This document shows, piece after piece, positions 61,012 through 64,000 of a DNA stretch of 64,000 bases (positions are counted from its first letter, which is position 1; every line of letters begins with the position of its first letter). This stretch comes from Malacoraja senta (Eukaryota). The stretch is from positions 1 through 64,000 of the forward strand of contig JAXLNO010000485.1 in the NCBI GenBank assembly GCA_038087875.1, given 5' to 3'. A program made the translations under genes and the position numbers. The notes below the pieces were generated by a model that saw nothing but the letters and a program-made list of their open reading frames with translations, did not search any database and was not told the DNA's origin.

Positions 61012-61287
61012 ATTATCACTACGTTCAAGGACAGTTTGGTTGTGAGGTGGACGATCACAGTCCCACTGTAGGGATATTGAAGTTGGCCTTTGATGGAAGA
61101 TATGCATTTAGTTTTGATAAGGACAAACTAAAGTGGACGGTGCATGATCCAATAGCTGAGCCCTTCAAAGAGAAATGGGACAAGAATGAAAAAATGAACC
61201 GTTATTTCAAGAGCTTGTTAGAACATGACTGTGTGGATCTATGGCTTACATACTATGCAATTGGAAAGACATACCTGACCAGAAAAG
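61012..61287 (+). CDS. MHC class I heavy chain, exon 3 (alpha2 domain, 92 aa)
   Basis: Acceptor ttttatttttatttcAG, donor G|GTGAGT, 276 nt, phase 1-1. YHYVQGQFGCEV...AFDG...FSFDKD..KW...KEKWD...LEHDC...Y..G has H93, Q96, G100, C101, D119, G120, W133, K146, W147, C164, Y171. Confidence 0.95.
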
Positions 61288-61574
61288 GTGAGTTCAGAAC
61301 AAAGGATGTTGTTTTGTGATGATAGGCAATGAGTAATATTATCTCTGACCCAATCATGACAGAGGGAAAGGTCATTCGGCCCATTGATTCTATGCTAGTT
61401 TACTATGCAATGTCGACAAACTGTTCCACAGCTCTCTCTCACAACTTGCACTCAGCTCCCTCGGATTCTCCTTGCATTCAGCTCCTCGACGGATAATTTG
61501 CAATGTCCAACTAACTCACCGGCACGTCTTTGGTATATGGGACAAAACTGGAGCACATGGAGGAAGCCAACTGA

Positions 61575-61925
61575 GTCATAAGGTCATAAGTAATGGCTGC
61601 AGCATTAGAACATTCGGCCCATCAAGTCGAGTTCGCCCGTCAATCATGGCTGATCTATCTCTCCCTCCTAACCCCATTCTCCTGCCTTCTCCCCATAACC
61701 CCTGACATGCATACTAATCAAGAATTAAAAATATCCATTGACGGACTCCACAGCCTTCTGTGGCAAATAATTCCACAGAATCACCACCCTCTGACAAAAT
61801 AAATTCCTCCTCATCTCTTTCCTAAAGGAATGTCCTTTAATATTGAGACTATGACCTCTCGTCGTAGACTCTCCCATTGGAGACATCTTCTCCACATCCA
61901 CATCTATCCAAGCTTTACACTATTT
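61575..61925 (-). mobile_element. CR1 3' tail
   Basis: Reverse match to the CR1 tail at 42950-43246. Confidence 0.8.
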
Positions 61926-63385
61926 GTTTGTTTAAAAAAATATATTGTTATTAGAAGCATGTGCATATCATAATACAAACATTTCTTATATATCAATCCT
62001 ACTTTGCTAATAGGTGGGAGTCCAGCTATCAAAATAATAGTGGTCCTCATTTATCAATTGTATATTAAATCTGCTTCTATTTATTTTTTTATTTTTTTAT
62101 AGATAGAAAGTGAGAAATTTAAAAAAAAAGGCATGATAAAGAAGAATGGAATAATTTACCAATAATACAACTTTGGAGATAGGTCCGTAGGTTATAAAGC
62201 ATAACTATTCATCTAATCCTGAGCTTGGATTTCAGTCAGATTCCCATGCTGAACCAATTTACCCTTTCAAAAAAGTCAATTAAGACAAGTCTACTTCTTT
62301 CCAAATGTAGGGTCTCTGATATTTCCATAATCCACATTTTAATTGTGGGGTTTATAGGACCTTTCCAAAATGTTAATATTAATTTTTTCCCAATTATTAT
62401 ACTATAATCAAGAAAGTTTCTTTGGTTTATTGTAAGTCTTAGGCTTTGTTCTGATATTCCTAATATTATTAGTTTTGAGTCGGGATCCAGAAGGGGAGGG
62501 GCCATCTTGGGGAACGGCTGCTAGGTCAGCAGCTGTCCGTTTAATTCACTTTTTTTTTGTAGTTCTAGTGAGTCCTGTGTTCTGTTTGTGGGAGAAATAG
62601 ACTTTTTAATGTAGGGGGAAGGGGGTAACTATATTTCTAGGTCCCTACCTGGTCGGTGAGGCAGCTTTTTCTCCGGGCTGCCCCGTCGACCCGTCCTCGT
62701 GGCCTACCAGCGGGCGTGGAGCGCCGTTTTCCTGGAGGGGACCGCCCAGCACCTCGGCTTCGGTGGCGGCATAGCGCTGGAGCGGGCGATGCCTTGCCTG
62801 GGTCGCCACGCTGGATCGACGCGCTGGAGCTCCGGTGAGCTGTGACTGCCGAGGTCAACACCTCCGGGCTGCGGGTCTTTCGTTATGGGTTGGCCTAATT
62901 CATTTTCCCATATAAATCCGTCAGCGGGACCTCACTATCTAAGAGGGTATTATAAATATGAGATATTAATTTTTCTGTATTATGATGTTTATTCAAACAT
63001 TCATCAAGGATTTCTGTAATCTTGTGTATTTGATTTAATGTAATCTTTAAGTTGTAAATATCTGAAAAAGTTATTTGAGTGTGGTCCGTAAATCTGTTGT
63101 AACTCCTGAAATGAAAGAAAAGTGCATTTCCTAGAAAGATGTCCCATCTTTTTAATTCCATAATTTTTCCATTGTGTAAAGCCTTTATCCAACATGGAAG
63201 GTTTGAATAAAGGGTTGTTTATAATGGGGACACAGAGTGAAAAATTATCCAATTTTAAAGACTTTTTTAATTGTTTCCAAATTCGTATACCACTATATAT
63301 TATAGAATTTTCACTATAGGTTTTTTAATGCAATTTTGTGGGAGCAAATATAATTGAACCAATATCAAAAGGCAAACAGTCTTTC
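61926..63385 (-). mobile_element. Older L1 3' fragment of the same lineage as 43859-47832, interrupted at about 62490-62895
   Basis: DSKLIILGISEQSL..NQRNFLDYSII.GKKLIL.FWKGP and IINNPLFKPSMLDKGFTQWKNYGI match the young L1; a GC-rich element sits in a gap where L1 sequence is also missing. Confidence 0.85.
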
Positions 63386-63702
63386 AATATTTTGTATGAT
63401 TCAATTGATGTCTTTCATATTAGTTAACCATGGATTTTCTTGACCACAGTTGACAGCCCCTAATGGGATTGCATGTCTATCACACATCTCAAAAGAGCAC
63501 AGCGTTAAGCTTCGAAGGGCAAAATTTACACGAGATGTGCAGGTCAGGTGTTTTTTTGCACAGAGACAGCTTGATACCTAGAATGCGCTGCCAGGAGTGG
63601 TGGTAGAGGAGGACATGATAATGGTGCTTAAGAAAGTTTTGGACAGGCTCGTGGGTATGCAGGGAATACACGGATACGGATCACATGCAGGCAGTGGAGA
63701 TT

Positions 63703-63995
63703 AGTTTTGGTTTAGTTTAGAGATAGAGTATGGAAACAGCACCTTTGGGCCACTGAGTCTGCACTGACCAGCAATTGCCCATTCACTATTTCTGTCCTAC
63801 AAGCTAGGGACAATTTACAGAAGCCAATTAACCTGCATGTCTTTTGTATTTGGGAGGAAACCGGAGCCCCCAGAGAAAACCCACAGGGTGACAGAGAGAA
63901 CGTACAAACTCCGTCCAGACAGCACTCTAGTCAGGATCGAACCCAGGTCTCTAATGCTGTAAGACAGCCACTCTATCACTGTGCCTCTGTGTTGC
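63703..63995 (-). mobile_element. V-SINE
   Basis: Full reverse copy with GGATCGAACCC. Confidence 0.9.
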
Positions 63996-64000
63996 CACAG

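Noticed and set aside
63430-63470. Possible alpha3 exon after the acceptor-like TTTTCTTGACCACAG
   Set aside because: Phase-1 reading hits TAA after three codons and no Ig C1 motifs (C..GFYP, W) are seen; alpha3 must be beyond the window.

Overview
Repeat-dense vertebrate genomic DNA, inferred to be from a cartilaginous fish (probably a skate or ray) from its HE1/V-SINE-like and CR1 repeats and from the MHC sequence. The only host gene I can support is a + strand MHC class I heavy-chain gene that the ORF track misses as a unit. It has a leader exon (17467-17512), an alpha1 exon (37127-37387) and an alpha2 exon (61012-61287), all joined in phase 1, with introns of 19.6 kb and 23.6 kb. The alpha3, TM and cytoplasmic exons are not in the window. 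The protein looks non-classical (T143F, Y159L, W167L, Y123A, extra Cys31), and a candidate X1-X2-Y promoter module lies just upstream. The rest is mostly mobile DNA: V-SINEs, CR1, Rex1/Babar, RTE, L1, Penelope-like elements with many short repeats whose consensus fits a hammerhead ribozyme core, Harbinger-like MITEs, a non-autonomous Helitron, a DIRS tyrosine-recombinase relic and a nested hAT-in-hAT-in-SINE. The most striking structure is in intron 2: two near-identical 5'-truncated L1 copies (one with a 1213-codon open frame) alternate with three copies of a ~790-bp host segment (B-L1-B-L1-B). Repeat boundaries are by eye and approximate unless a TSD or junction is quoted.
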